DNA of 63,611 nt, filler included, from Bigelowiella natans CCMP2755 (taxonomy: Eukaryota > Protista > Cercozoa): NCBI GenBank assembly GCA_000320545.1. It is 6 parts of 6 records of this genome, joined end to end, with 100 filler letters (N's around TTAATTAATTAA, not from the genome) between each part and the next. Parts side by side here need not be neighbours in the genome. Positions count along the whole stretch, not along the records: positions 1 to 22,293 come from ADNK01002390.1; 5 more parts are not named here. One strand, 5' to 3'. How positions within the stretch are numbered: the stretch's first letter is position 1; the number at the start of each line of letters is the position of its first letter. The notes under the pieces were generated by a model that was not told where the DNA came from, did not search any database, and saw only the letters and a program-made list of their open reading frames with translations. Below are positions 1 through 13,374 of the stretch, in pieces. Both the position numbers and the translations under genes were made by a program.

Positions 1-29
1 TGTCGTCTCGTGTCGTCTCGTGTCGTCTC

Positions 30-110
<81 letters not shown>
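1..110. repeat. (TGTCGTCTCG)x3 followed by (TC)n and (TG)n microsatellites, intronic
   Basis: Read directly from the sequence; lies downstream of a minus-strand GTGAGG donor of the MFS gene. Confidence 0.9.
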
Positions 111-115
<5 letters not shown>

Positions 116-167
116 ATGCGTGTATGTGTTTCTCTCGTGTCTGTTTCCCTTTCCCCATCTCCCTCAC

Positions 168-391
168 CCAGTGCTGGAAGAAGTCCTCCGTTGACGTATC
201 ATGGACGATGCGTTTGGGCGCATGGCCTGTCTCCCTAGCCCCGCGTGCCGGTTCCCGCAGCGTTGTAAATAGCACAAAGGCGAGGGGGGTGGCAAGTAAT
301 CCTGAGAGTACGAAAGCGTTGCGCCACCCGTAGAGCTGCCCATACCTACAATAGCACGATCAAGAAGGAAATCACATTCTCTAACATATGT

Positions 392-434
<43 letters not shown>

Positions 435-1449
435 TGCGTCAAGAAAATGCACCTAGATCCAGCGCCAATGGCAATGCCAAACCCCAGATACACCCCGGTG
501 TTGAATATAGCCATAGCCGTCCCCAGGTATCCTGCCGGAGTCACGTCAAACAACAACGATTGACCGACGGGGACACATCCCGACATAGCAGCCCCCTAGA
601 TGGTAATAACAGCAGTAGTTGTGATAGCTGTGAGGGGAATGGATGATGCTATTGAACACGGCGAACGAATGTTTATTTGCGTAATCTATGGATGATAGGT
701 GCATTCTCTCCGAGACGACGATGATCCATCGTTTCGCTTGGAACTCGCGAAGGTCCCGACGGCGTCGCTCATGTGCTGTGTATGGCTCCTTGCTTCGTCG
801 AACCTGCATGATGCGGAGGACTAGAAGCTGGTTGTAGCTTGTGACGAACCCCATCAACGTCGTGGCTGCGCTCCATGTTAGCATGCAGTAGGCCAGGAGG
901 TGGACTCTTTGTGATATCTAGACACGCAACGCAACCGAGAAGAAGAAGAAGAAGAAGAGAAAGAGGAGGAGGAAGAGCTCAAGCGTATACACCCCATTCG
1001 AATATTGAAAAAGACGAAAACCCGCAACCTCGAGTAGCTTTCCGATCGGGGCGGCGGAAAGGGTCTTTGCGAGTGTGAATATTGGCCCGACGAGAACAGC
1101 ATATTGCCAGCCGCCATTAAAGCCCACGTCTCTCTTGTGAAACGAGTGTTCATATTGGTAATATGCGTCAGATATTGCAACTATAGAGGACATTAATCAC
1201 GAAAAACGCGAGACTCTAAGATCATCGTTAAAGCCACCTGCATGGCCACTGCGACGGCAGAGAGGAGGTATGTATGCAGGAAGTTGATTACATTTGTGCC
1301 GGTCACGATCAGCACGAAGTACCACGCGTACACGCTCGATTCTAATAGCGTGTGGGTCACAAAGCAGGTAAGCCAAAGGCTCGGTGGTCGCAACTGTGGG
1401 GGACACGAGGAGACTTACTTGCGCGAGGCTCTTCCGACCCTGACTCCAT
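168..1449 (-). CDS. Spinster-like MFS transporter, multi-exon, 3' part runs off the window start
   Basis: Spliced: MESGSEEPRAKSSVYAWYFVLIVTGTNVINFLHTYLLSAVAVAMQ|RDVGFNGGWQYAVLVGPIFTLAKTLSAAPIGKLLE|ISQRVHLLAYCMLTWSAATTLMGFVTSYNQLLVLRIMQ|..GCVPVGQSLLFDVTPAGYLGTAMAIFNTGVYLGFGIAIGAG|..GWRNAFVLSGLLATPLAFVLFTTLREPARG. MFS helices plus the Spinster-type GWR..F and REP.RG motifs; GT-AG introns. Confidence 0.85.
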
Positions 1450-1790
1450 CCCGGAACTGTTTATTAATCTTCAAAGTGGTAAGATATATGTCACGAACCG
1501 CTGGAGTACCAGCGGATTTAGGGAATAATTCGTAACGAAAGTCATGTCGCACGACAAAACCCCCTTCTGCTTCTCAGTTTAGGCCTTCTCGCTTGCGCCC
1601 GGATGTGTTCTTGCGCTGTGTTATGGGAGCACGCGGTAGCGATTTGGCCATCTAACCGGATTTATAAGGAACGACATCCGAATTTGTTTGTCGCAGGGAG
1701 AAATTACAAAGATTCCGCCAGATATTCCCCAGTCGCAGCTTACTGTGGCCTCTGGCAACCTCAAAACCCTCCCCCTCCCTTCTGCTGCCC

Positions 1791-3239
1791 ATGGCGCATG
1801 CCACGGCCAAAGCGGACAAAAAGGAGGTTCAAGATGTCAGACACGTGGTGTTTCTGCACGGTATATTTGGAAGTACCTTGATTGACCCTAAATCAGCTGG
1901 TGAGACCAGGTAGGCATCATCGGTAGAGAAGAGGAGGAGGGAGGAGGAGGGAGGAGGAGGAGGAGGGAGAAAGGGAGGAGAGAGACATGGTAGTCTTCTC
2001 CACGAATGTTAGTCCTTTACATCTTAACCAGATATATTACGGCATCTGCAAGTCTTGGCTTCCACACTCCGGATATCCGCCTTCCCATCGAGGCAACCAG
2101 ACATTATATATCTTTGCATCGACAACAACACCGTTATCTGTGCCCCCCCCCCCCCCCCCTTTTTTATTGAAATCCGATATCGCTTTCTTTTGAATCAGTG
2201 GGAAGATGGTAAGCAAAAGACCGACGGGCTGCTACCGGGCCAAGTGATCGAATCTGTGGGGCCTGTCAACGTCTATGGTTTGCTGCACTGATAATGAACC
2301 CTTTGGTGGGAGACAGCGAACGATTACGATTACTGGTTTTACTTATCACCCACTCAGGCAAATTTCTCAACTTTCTGCGGAAAACATTTGGCAAGGATTT
2401 GGTGCATCCCTTTGCTTACGACTGGCGACGGGACAACCGAGAGTCTCGCGACAGTCTCATCAAGAAGCTCGAAGAGGTGAGTTTGGTATTCCTCTCTTTG
2501 TCTGGTCCTTATTGAGCCACGGCGATGGTGCTCAGATCAACAGCAAGCAGGGAAAGCCGATTGTAATTGGACATTCCAATGGAGGTCGCTTGGTTAATCT
2601 AAATGTTGCTATTATTCATGGTCGCTATGATTGATAGAAATCCGTGTTTGATATTGAGCCACAATGCGACGAGAGCAATGATTCCTCCTTAGGAATAGTA
2701 ACCTTCTTGGCGGTCAATGAACGGCCGGAGTTATTTTACGGTATTGACACACAAACCTTTGATGTTATGTTGCTGTTTAGCTCAGATGCTGGTTGTATGT
2801 GTATCACGTGATGTTCATTTAGTATGTGTGGAACAATTAGGTGCTATATGCGTCGGGTCTCCGGTACTAATATATTGCATGTGCAACCTGAATAAAAACC
2901 ATCCCTATACAGTCACAACTCTCCTTCATCATGCTTTAATCATCAGCAGCAGCAGCATAAGTGACATCTAAGAACTGCTGATGGCAACGCTAATCAATTT
3001 CTTCTGCACCATTGTTAATCTCATTGGCTTCGTGATTATCCCCCCCCCGTTTACTATCATCCTCCCATCGTGAAATTTTGCTGCGACTGGTACTCTTGTT
3101 ATCGTCGTCCATTAGTTCGGTCCTGGAGTGGGTTTCATGCACGATTTGCACAGCTATAATAAGATCGGATTCAATAAATCCGTCCTCTCCGCGCACGTGT
3201 GTAGTATTATCCACCTGCATCTCTTCTTGTTCGTATGCA

Positions 3240-3276
<37 letters not shown>

Positions 3277-3450
3277 ACAAACGCTCTTGCCGGGAGAGGT
3301 CGTTGATTTCTATACGAAGCCGCCTTCTATTTCTATTTCAATTTCTCTTTCTTACTGTTTCTTTCTCTCCCCCCCTCTCTTTAGATATCTCGTCTCTACC
3401 TCTCTCTCTCTGTCTCTCTCTCTCCCTCTCCCTCTCTAGTTCTTTGTGTG

Positions 3451-3489
<39 letters not shown>

Positions 3490-3965
3490 TCCTTTTTTAG
3501 CTTTTCTCTTCGATCTTTCAGGTGCTTATGACCCATGCAAGCTATTTTTGTTTCTTCAGTAAGTTGCTTGTAGAATGAGACCTTTAGCAAAAGGAAAGGA
3601 AAAGGGGGAGGGAAGGCGAGAGGATGCCTACCCGAACTGTGCCAAATGTATCCCAATTTCCTGCAATTTTTTGTTCTCTTATGTTGTGTTTGGTTTCGCT
3701 GTTCTCTCTGTGCTAGGCAGCAATCGAGCAACAGAATGCAAGCTGTGGGACGGAGCCGGTACATATTTTCTGCTGCTTTCTACGATGAACTGCTGCTGAT
3801 TATGATGAGCAAGATTCATTGGAAACACGACAAAGTCCTCTTGTTTCTTGTTATATGAGGCAACTTGTTGCTGCTCGTTAGGACCTGGAAAATTGGACCC
3901 AGTCAACGACATCTTCAACGTTGTCAATTCGTATACGCACAAACACACATACACACGCGCGCGCG

Positions 3966-3999
<34 letters not shown>

Positions 4000-4831
4000 T
4001 ATGGATCTCTAAGCTATTATGGGCCAGCTAGCTGTATTGGTTGTCTTCTTCTTCCTCACAAGAAGAGTAGACGTTAGAGGACTTCAAACGCACGCACTGA
4101 TCTATCTATTCTACTCCTTCTTCACTCATTTGGAACACCATCATCATCATCATCAGCAGCAGCATCATCGTCGTTATCATCTTCATCATCGTCATCATCA
4201 AATTTCAGGCAGAGGAATGGAAGAAGCTCAATCTGGGGATCTTCGGAATGCAAGCGCCTCGCGGCTATCCTGATCCAAAGTAGTCGGCTCTACATTGCAT
4301 TTGTATTATCTAGTGGTGATGATGCAAATGGGGATATGGTGATGACGACGACGATGATGATGATGATAGTAGTAGTAGTAGTAGTAGTAGTGTAGTGGTG
4401 GTAATGGTGATGGTTGTGGAGCGTCCTCATTGTTGCTGGCAATATTAACGTATACGATACTCGTTCAAGGGGAGAGAAGTACATGGAACACCTCCGAAAC
4501 GCACTTGCTTCAGGAAAAGGTGATGCTGTGACCCAAAAAAAACTGCTTGGGGGCCGTTTGTATAGGTGGTTAGGAATGACCGATAATGAGATTTCGTGTG
4601 TGCTGCTATGGGACATCTTCCCGGTGCTTGCCTTGTGCTTTTAAGCTGATATGTAGTGGCTTTCTATGCTGTTGTGTATTCGTTTGAATGCTTTATATAC
4701 ATGCAGCGGTGCGCTCTCTCATCAACAAGGTAGTGGCGGTGGTGGTGGTGGTGGTAGTTGATGATTCATGTGAAAACTAGCGTAATCAGTTAGTGCCTGC
4801 ACACACATTCGCACCCAAATGCCCAATATGT

Positions 4832-4886
<55 letters not shown>

Positions 4887-5347
4887 CATTATTATTGACG
4901 ATTAAAACGGAAGGTGAAGGAAGATCTGCCCTACCCTCCAATCGCCATCGTCGCGTCAAAAGCACACAAGACGAAGCTAAACGCTACGTTCGATGCCGGG
5001 TACTTTGGGACTGAAAACGCCAAAAACGCAAAGGAGGGGGGGGGGAGGGGCGTGGAGGAGAAGACGAAGCCCCTCCTCAAGAGCAATCTGCATTTGCTTC
5101 AGTGGGAGCTTGATGATGGGGACAATCGGTAATAAGGACAGCACCATTATTATTCACTACTGATTGGCCAGCAGCTGTAGACGTGTTGATACTTCTTTTG
5201 GCGAGCCCTTCCCCTCCTTCATATATCGTATCCATAGTTCTGACCGTTGCGGTCGCATGTCGTATATTAACTCCCCACCCCATCCCGCCCTCCCGCCCCT
5301 CTCGTTCCCTTTCCCCCTTTTCTTCTCGTGAAATGGGGCGGGGGAAC

Positions 5348-5378
<31 letters not shown>

Positions 5379-5617
5379 ATAGGGTGCTGTTTCACAACGC
5401 GATGCCCCCTCGGGGAGTTCCAGTGGCTGCTGTCGTCCCAACCACACACGCCCATGGTGAGTGACAATTGCAGTGGACATATCGTTGTAGTCGCCGTTAG
5501 AGTCGGTGTGATGCGTTTGGGTGTGAGGGGCATCCTGCAGCTTGATACTCGGTTTGTGTTGCAGGGGAGCTAACAAGTGATTTGAAGGCGATGACACAGG
5601 CGCTCATTGCTATGTAA
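1791..5617 (+). CDS. LCAT/phospholipase A-like alpha/beta hydrolase, multi-exon
   Basis: Motifs in order across exons: VVFLHGIFGSTL; PFAYDWRRDN; PIVIGHSNGG (nucleophile elbow); GDNR|VLFHNAMPPRGVP (catalytic Asp region); THAH|GELTSDLKAMTQALIAM* (catalytic His, TAA ends at 5617). Confidence 0.85.
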
Positions 5618-6229
5618 GGCATATGGGAACGAAAAATAATTTTGGGGGGGGGGGAGGGGGGCTAGGACGAAAGGAATGCATGACGGCCACAATGGCCAAT
5701 CAAACAAACTATGGCCAATAGCGCGAGACTTTTGCAGTATTGAGCAATTTCTTAAGGCTGTTATTTGGCAGTTACCAAGAAAGCGGAAAGAGAGATGCAG
5801 ACCTCAAGAATAAGGATGGCGTTGCTTCGGGTAATGTCCTCCCCGCCTAATAGTAGTAGTATCGACAGTAGCATCGTACTTAGTGCGATTTTCGAAGATG
5901 GTGTTGTGACAGATGAGCATTTCATCGTATCGTGTTGTAGATGAGAAGGCTGCCGATGACACCGACCCCTCCCATGCCGCCTCTGCCCAAAGACCCGACG
6001 ATGATGATGGGGATAACAGCAAGACACTGGTTCCACAGGCACTTCAGGACGCTTGGTTATCAATGCAGATTGCTGAGAATGGTGACCGTGCCAAATCCAC
6101 GGAAAAAGCAGGATGGCGGTGTTTGATTTGCTAGGTTTCTGATGAGTTGCTGCGTGTACGCAAACGGATGTGCAGATGTTGTTCCCACTTGCTGAACACA
6201 TTGCAACATACAATGGATCCATTGTGTAT

Positions 6230-7740
6230 CATGTGCGCATGCCATCACTGCTGCCTGCATGGTCCTCCTCACTTAGTCGTCGATTGCATGGCGGCAACAC
6301 CAACGACAGCTAAATGGATGCAGCACGTGCAGCGTGTCACACATGCGCATCACGCTGCGATGCATGGCAAGCTAGCAAGCATTGACTCAGTGCAAACCAT
6401 TGTTGTGGAAGTGTGCTTGCAACGTGAAGATCGACACGTTGGAAGCCACAGAAAGCAAAATGCCAAAGCCACACATGATCAAACAAAATGACCACGTTGA
6501 AACACTGCTGATGACAATTCGACATTCGTTCAATTGACACAATGCACAGCTAGACAAACGACACGCGCGCTAGCACGGTGCGCTGCTGAGTGAAGGAGAA
6601 AGAAAGGAAAAAATGATTCGGGATGCACAACATTGAAGTTCACCACACAACGATGCATGATTTGAAATTCGTGCTCAAACGATGCTCCAACGCAAGGTGT
6701 GCTGCCATCGACAACAGACAATGCGACATCACTGCTGAACTGTGGAACTGCCAGTGAGGCGCATCCAGCACCTCAAACGGCTGGGAAGGCAACGCGTGCT
6801 ACTGCTGGCCTGCACGCTGGCACACAATCTCACCCGTTCCAGCTGCTGGGCTGGCCAGCGTTGTCGCGTTCTTGCATTGTCGGACCACCCAGCTAGCTAG
6901 CCGTGCCAGCTTGGGGACTTCGGCACAACACCTTTCTCTGAATTCTTGCACGGCCTGATGAAAGCCATTTGCAACGTGATGGCGTGCGACGTGAAAGTGG
7001 TTGTGTCAATGAAACAATGAAACAATGATGACAAACCGCACTTCCAAAGTGTTCAAGACACTTGCAGTGTGCGAACCGCAGTGCCTCGAACCAACTTCAG
7101 AAAAGGAGGATTTCGGGGTGAAGAAAGCAAAGAGAAGTCACAGTCCTGAAGTTGGCAAAGATGAGGCACGAAAGAAAACGACACCAGGAATGGAGGATGC
7201 ACCTGGAAAAGGGTGGACGAGGATTTTCCGTGTGGATTCGCTCACAAGAAGTCTCTCGTAGCAGGTGGATGCAGTGGACACTGAAAAGCGATGTCGACGA
7301 GAAGGTCGTCGCAGACGTCATGTTTCAGATGACGCAAGTGAGAAAAATTGATGAGAGGATCGTCGTCGATGCGACGATGCTGCGGATGGCAAACGTTCGA
7401 AAGAATGCACGTGCCGTTTCGATCATGGGATCGTGATCGACCATCGGGGATCGAGTGATCGGAGCGAAGAAGATCCCCCAGTCTAGCAGTCCCAGAAAGA
7501 GATCTCTCAGTCCAAAAATGAGATCTTCAAGCTCCTCGATGGCTTGACAGGCTGGAATGCCATTCTTGATTCCTTCTGGTTTCGAGTAGGAGGAGGAGGA
7601 CCAAATTCTGACAGGCAAGAAGAGCGCGCGTCAACAATGAACAATGAGCGCGTCTCTCGACGCAAAAAAAAAGTTGAAAATTTCGGAATCCCGAGATGTT
7701 TGTGTGAAACGTCAAAAACCAACAGGAATTTGTGTCTAAA
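6230..7740. other. TpA-depleted tract 1
   Basis: Manual count: 12 TA in 1.5 kb, all CTA and/or TAG (6 CTAG, 6 half-sites). CpG abundant. Confidence 0.9.
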
Positions 7741-7763
7741 TTAATAGTATTTCCTTGTCGCAG

Positions 7764-8859
7764 GAAGAAGAAGGAATGCGAGCAACTTCGAGGAGAGAAA
7801 AATGCCTCAATGCTTGCTGACCTTCAGGCTACATGTACCAGAGGGCAGCTGCGTCGGGGCAGAAAAATGTCAGCCCATCAGCGTGAGATAGCAGCCTTGA
7901 AGGCTTGGCTGTTTAATATCTTCAGTCGCACCATTAAAGATGTAGAGGACGTAACAGGCCTAAGTGACTTGTCAATAGGAGTACGATTGCGCACCAACAA
8001 CATCCGCATTCCAGGGGAGGTCAGGCATTTGGCCTCTCTTCGCTCGATACATCTGAAAGGTCAGGGAAGAATGACTATAGATATTCCTCCCGAAATCGTT
8101 CAGTTAAAAGAATTGAAGACCCTGACATTGGAGCAGTTTTGTCTTAGTTCGTTTCCACAGGGTCTTACAGCTATCAGATCGCTTAGAGTGCTGGACCTGT
8201 ATGGAAATGAGCTTGAGGGGATTCCTGAGGACATTAAGAATTTGTCACTACTACAAGATATCGATCTTAGCAGCAATTCTCTCCAGACTGTGCCCGAGGG
8301 ACTGATGATGTTACCCTCGTTGACCTATTTAGACATTTCTATGAATGCTCTGACGAGTTTACCTCCGATGCAAGGGCTCAAAGCTCTCAAGACGTTACAG
8401 CTGCATTCCAATTCGCTGACAGAAATACCAGAAGACATTGGACATCTACGACGACTTAAAAATTTGTATTTGCGCAGAAACAAGTTGTCGACAATTCCAG
8501 CAGAGATTCAGGGAGCAAAATCCCTCGAAACACTAGATATTCGAGATAACCCATTAACTAGACTTCCGATGGCCGCACTTGGAAAGCTACCCAAATTGAG
8601 ATATTTGCGTCATGCTGGAGAATGGACATCATTGTTCTGCATTCATGTAGTAGACAAAGTTCATCTAGTGAAACCGTCTTACACCAGGGTCATTAATATG
8701 TGCAGGCGCAAAGCAGAAATCCTCCAGAAAAACGTTCTTGAACGGGACTTACCTGTCGTTCGCATGCTCCATGAGCAAGTAAGAAGTGCAGTGATTCCAG
8801 ACATGGTACATCTGGGTAAAAAGGGAAAGTGCCCTTACTGTTCGTCCAATGACATGTAA
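7764..8859 (+). CDS. Leucine-rich repeat protein, single large exon, C-terminal CxxC
   Basis: About 8 repeats of LxxLxLxxNxLxxIPxxI (LRVLDLYGNELEGIPEDI, LQDIDLSSNSLQTVPEGL, LKNLYLRRNKLSTIPAEI). Acceptor TTGTCGCAG ends at 7763; first in-frame ATG at 7810; ends KCPYCSSNDM*. Confidence 0.9.
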
Positions 8860-10043
8860 CAGACAAGACAAGCAAGGTTTCTGCGCTGTGCACTGCATGC
8901 ATTATCACTATTTGCATGCGTAGATCGGCAAATGTGCGTGCATGTGCGCGGGGACATGTGTCTCTGCAATGAAACTGGCTGTGTCCACACTGGTGTAGCA
9001 GGTGAGTAGTGCTACGTAACGTACAAGAGTCAAACATGTGCAATGCATGCTAGAATTGCACCGATCATTGCACCGACGACGATGACGACAGCTGTGTACA
9101 ATCATTGCAGTACGTAGTGGTCTCGCGCAGGCAGGCTAGCATTGCTATAATCGAGGTGCAACACCTAGCATAGGCGCATGCACGCCGCATGCTGCGAGCA
9201 CACCATCACACATGGTGTGCTGTGTCACGTGCGAACAAATGGATAGACATTGTTTGTCCACGCTACGTGGGTCATCATGTGGGCTAACTATAGCGCATAT
9301 ATAGCTCTGTGCGATTCTTGCTTCCGATCCGCGTCCGACGGTTGCGTGCATCGCGCATGCATCATGTTTGCAATCAAAGCAGGACCACGGCGAGCGATAC
9401 GACGTACCGCGTCTTCGCACACACGCATGCACAAAGGCCCAACATACATTGGCGGTGCGATGCTGCGATTGATCATGCACGTATACACATGCGATTTTGC
9501 ATTCTTCCGTCCATATGAATCTAAAAAGTTGCTTTGTACGTTCTTTATTGTCATCCAAACGACAAGTTCCGAAGGGCTATAGTTTTATCGCTTCGATTCC
9601 GACTCCATCAATGTATCAATGAGCTTGGTGCAAGACGTTGTCAGCAGCGTACCCCGGCGGTGTTCACCACTAAACTGCTCAATTTATTGTGACGTTCGCA
9701 GGATACATGCCGCATGTGAAGGACATCGTCATCGGACAGCAACAATTATTAGCAAGCGCACGTACGCGCGTACATACGCTTGAAATGGATCTAAGCCATT
9801 CCGTTCATACGAGCGCAAGCTGGGATTATGCGCAGATAGCACCATGCCACATGCTAGCATGATAAGCAGGAACGCGGGCAAGCTGGCAAGCATACGCAAG
9901 AGACATTTGGACTCATCATCGTTTTAACACTGCAAGACGGCAATCCACTATTATTCACAAAAAAATGGTGATTACAATTCTTCCTTTTGGTGGCAAATAT
10001 GTGACTATTTTTTTCGACATTATTGCGAGATTCAACTTCATAT

Positions 10044-11088
10044 TTATTCGCCTTCTCCTCCATTTTGAAGCTTCTCGATCTGCTGCTTGATCGATTGGAT
10101 TGTACCCTTGACATCGTTCTTCGACTGCTCGAATTTCTGCTTCTTGGTGCCTACATTCTCGAGGGCGTTGTTGAGTACGCGCAAGTCTTTTGTGGCTTCC
10201 TTAAGCTTGGCAGTGAGCTTGTTCTGCAATATCATGTTCTCGATCTGTTTCTTCTTCAGAAGCAGCTTCTGGATTTTCTTTTGAAGGTACCTACATAGAG
10301 AAGTCAATTAATAAGCCAATTGATTAAAAAAACTGGAATCTTTTAAAATGTTGACGAAACTAGTTGATTGAATGTGTCCATTACTTGACGTTGCCTGCAA
10401 CTCGCTTAATCTTCTGGTTGTATTCTTCCACGATCTTGAACACGTCATGTACCCATTTCTTCTCATCCTTGATCTGCAAGATAATCATAGAATGTGAACA
10501 TTTGTATTATGTACTAAGATAATCACGTATCTGGGTAATAGCTACCTGATGGACAGTCATAACGATTTCGTCTTTGAGATCTGCCAATGCCGCCTTCATC
10601 TGTGATTGCCTTTGCTCTGCAATCTGTTCTTCGGACGGGATTGCAGGTTCACCCATTGATGCTCCTGGACCAGCCTCAGCATGAGTTTCTAGGCAAGGTA
10701 GATTTCACAATAAGGATTAGAAGAGGAAGGCTATCATATGATAGGCAACATTTAAATTTTGGAAATCAGTGAGGTGGTGTTGAATTTTACGCTGTCCTCT
10801 TGAAGCAAATCTTGGCGAGTCTGCAGCTTCAGCTACAACTTCTCCTTCTGCCACATCGTCACTGTGGACTTCCTTAAAACGGGAATCCTCACTCCAGGTT
10901 GGTTGCATAGGGGCAGCATCGATCACCTAATTTAACGGTGACAACATCATTCCATGGAGAGATCTCATAAAGTTAGTTCGTACATGTCCAGGGGCTTCGG
11001 AGGCCTCATTGACTTGAGATTCTACTGCATAGGCGAACATGATGGTTGATGCTAGCATGAGCAGGGTTGAGGGGGAAAGGCGCGCCAT
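10044..11088 (-). CDS. Secreted coiled-coil protein of unknown function, multi-exon
   Basis: Signal peptide MARLSPSTLLMLASTIMFAYA; exons continue ..KAALADLKDEIVMTVHQ|IKDEKKWVHDVFKIVEEYNQKIKRVAGNV|..YLQKKIQKLLLKKKQIENMILQNKL..GGEGE*. Confidence 0.75.
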
Positions 11089-11522
11089 GGTGCGTATGTT
11101 TGGGAGGGGCGCTTTGGGAACTGGATATTCAAATTAGTAAGGTTTTCAAATTCAAAAAAAATTGGATGCTTCAGAATAAATCATGAAAAAGTGCTCAGAA
11201 AATGCTTTGATTTAAAAGTACGACAAGGAATATGTAAATATCACGGACAAAACCGACTCTATCCCAACTTTTATGACTTAATATTTTTGAATCCTTGGGT
11301 CCAGGAAGAGGTGAGAGAAGTTTGCAAAAAATAAAAATCGGCAGAATCGCATTTATGGAAGGGGAAAACCTTTCGAAATTTTCGGCTGCGACAATGAAGT
11401 TGGACGAACCGATCGGCCCTACACATTAGTCAAACCCATCATTTGATAGAACACAGAAATACAAGCCATTTTTATGTAACGACATGATATCTCTGCAGTA
11501 ACCCTTAACCCAAGCGAGATGC

Positions 11523-12455
11523 ATGCGGGCTTGTTGGCTGGCACCGGCAGCGATGGCGGCATTGAGCTTGGTGATGATCATCCCGAAAGGGTCTGGTCCA
11601 GGTGTGGGCTCCCTCGAAAGTCATCTTACACATCTCCGATATCATCATTATATTTTATTCAGAACTGCGGTTACAAGGCAAAGAAGGATTAACCCTTTTA
11701 TCTAGTGTGAAGCACCCATCTTTCCGACGTTTACGAGCGGCGCAGCAGGGGCACACGAAGGCAGAGGACCGCATCTTCCTTATAGAATCAGGTTTGAGAG
11801 AAAAAAATTCAGAAATTAGCTGCTTATCTGACAACCGACCCGGTCTTCAGCACATATGGTCCGGTGTGCTCTTGATGCCGAGTTCCCGGTAGAAGAGATC
11901 TGGTGCTGCTTGGAAGATATCGGAGGCAAGACCTGCGGTGACATCGAGTGTTTGCTAAAAGGGCAGTCCGAGCGAGGGGGACTTCAGCAGGATGGTGCGG
12001 CTTCAAACAATGCAGGGAGGAGTTCGGACCAAAGGACGGTTCCTACTGGGCTGATTACTCGTGCTCTAATGCGAAAACTCTTCCCCTCCGGTATCATAAC
12101 CCACCCCCGGGCATGAGTGAGGCAAATTTATTATATGACTGCGTGCCGCTTTATCTTCCCCCCATCCGATTCGTGGTGATCTAGGTAAATGCCCTGATGC
12201 CGTTGCGGTGGCTTCGATCCCAAACCAACCTCACAACTTCGATAACCCGAGCAAGCTGTCACTTATTTTGGAAGATATACAAGTAACCGTGTTCTTTCAT
12301 AGGCTGTATGTATTTTCCGCTATATTCTTTTTTCGAATCATATTTCTCAGGATCCTGGGAACATCGGAACCATTCTGCGCTGTGCGGAGGTACATGGGTT
12401 ATAGTTCGTGTGAAAATTTTAGGAGATGCACTATGGTGACAGCTGTGTTTATGTG

Positions 12456-12508
<53 letters not shown>

Positions 12509-13374
12509 GCTTGTGCGTGGTAAATCGATGATCGGAGAAATGTGGGTTAGTTTGCTGAAGATTGGGTGATTCTTAGGCATTCGGAATTCGAGACGTCTTG
12601 TTTATCTGCTCCAATATCATCCCGTCAAAACCCCTTGAAAATGCTTCAGCTTCTCCTTCATTAGCTACTGCTTTTACCGATACTAAGGCTGCTGCCACTT
12701 CTCCATGCTCGGGGATCTCAAGGTTGGCAAGCAGCGGAGGCCGTCCTCTTCTATTTGCTCATGTATTTTTTTTGTGTGAGACATCATCGCACATTTCAGC
12801 ACGGGTTTTATTGCATTAGGTTGTATTCTCGGGTAACGATACGTGCTTCGATGGGTCTTGCTGCCATACATACAAATAATAATGACAAGCATCGCACTTC
12901 CCTTCCCCTCCCCACTGTTATGTCCCCATTTCGTCGCTCGGGGAATAAGACATGCTTTGTGTTTCAGGGTCGTTATTTAGGTCACGCCTGAGAATATTCA
13001 AAGACGTATCCAGTGCAATACGATTTCTCCAGAAACACAGCATCCGAGTCATAGCGTCAACTCCCCACTCAAACTCTACAGCTCTACAAGGTTATGTTAT
13101 GCTGTTGGATGTACAATCATTAATTCTCACAATATATATATCGCATTTATGCCCCTCAGCATTTCTGAACGCATTTGGCAAGGTTCCAGATGCGTGCTAC
13201 GCCCTAGCAGTGGGAAATGAGGCCTCCGGTATATCGAAAGCCTTGCTGGATCATTCGCATGCTAAAGTGAGAATTGAGATGCACGGCGACATCGAGTCGC
13301 TCAATGTGGCTGTAGCGAGCGGAATACTTTTGAATCGACTCACGGAGAAGTTGCGTGGAGAACAGATTATATGA
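11523..13374 (+). CDS. TrmH/SpoU-family (SPOUT) RNA 2'-O-methyltransferase with signal-like leader
   Basis: LILEDIQ|DPGNIGTILRCAE|AFG (motif 1), RASMG, LAVGNEASGIS (motif 2), VRIEMHGDIESLNVAVASGILL (motif 3). Confidence 0.92.

Noticed and set aside
10-646. ORFs with SLSL/CVCV/HTHT/YIYI/RERE runs throughout the window
   Set aside because: They are translations of intronic dinucleotide microsatellites.
1394-1418. 25-nt ultrasmall intron in the MFS gene
   Set aside because: It gives the wrong frame; a ~76-nt intron to the TTAG near 1343 restores the TM1 frame.
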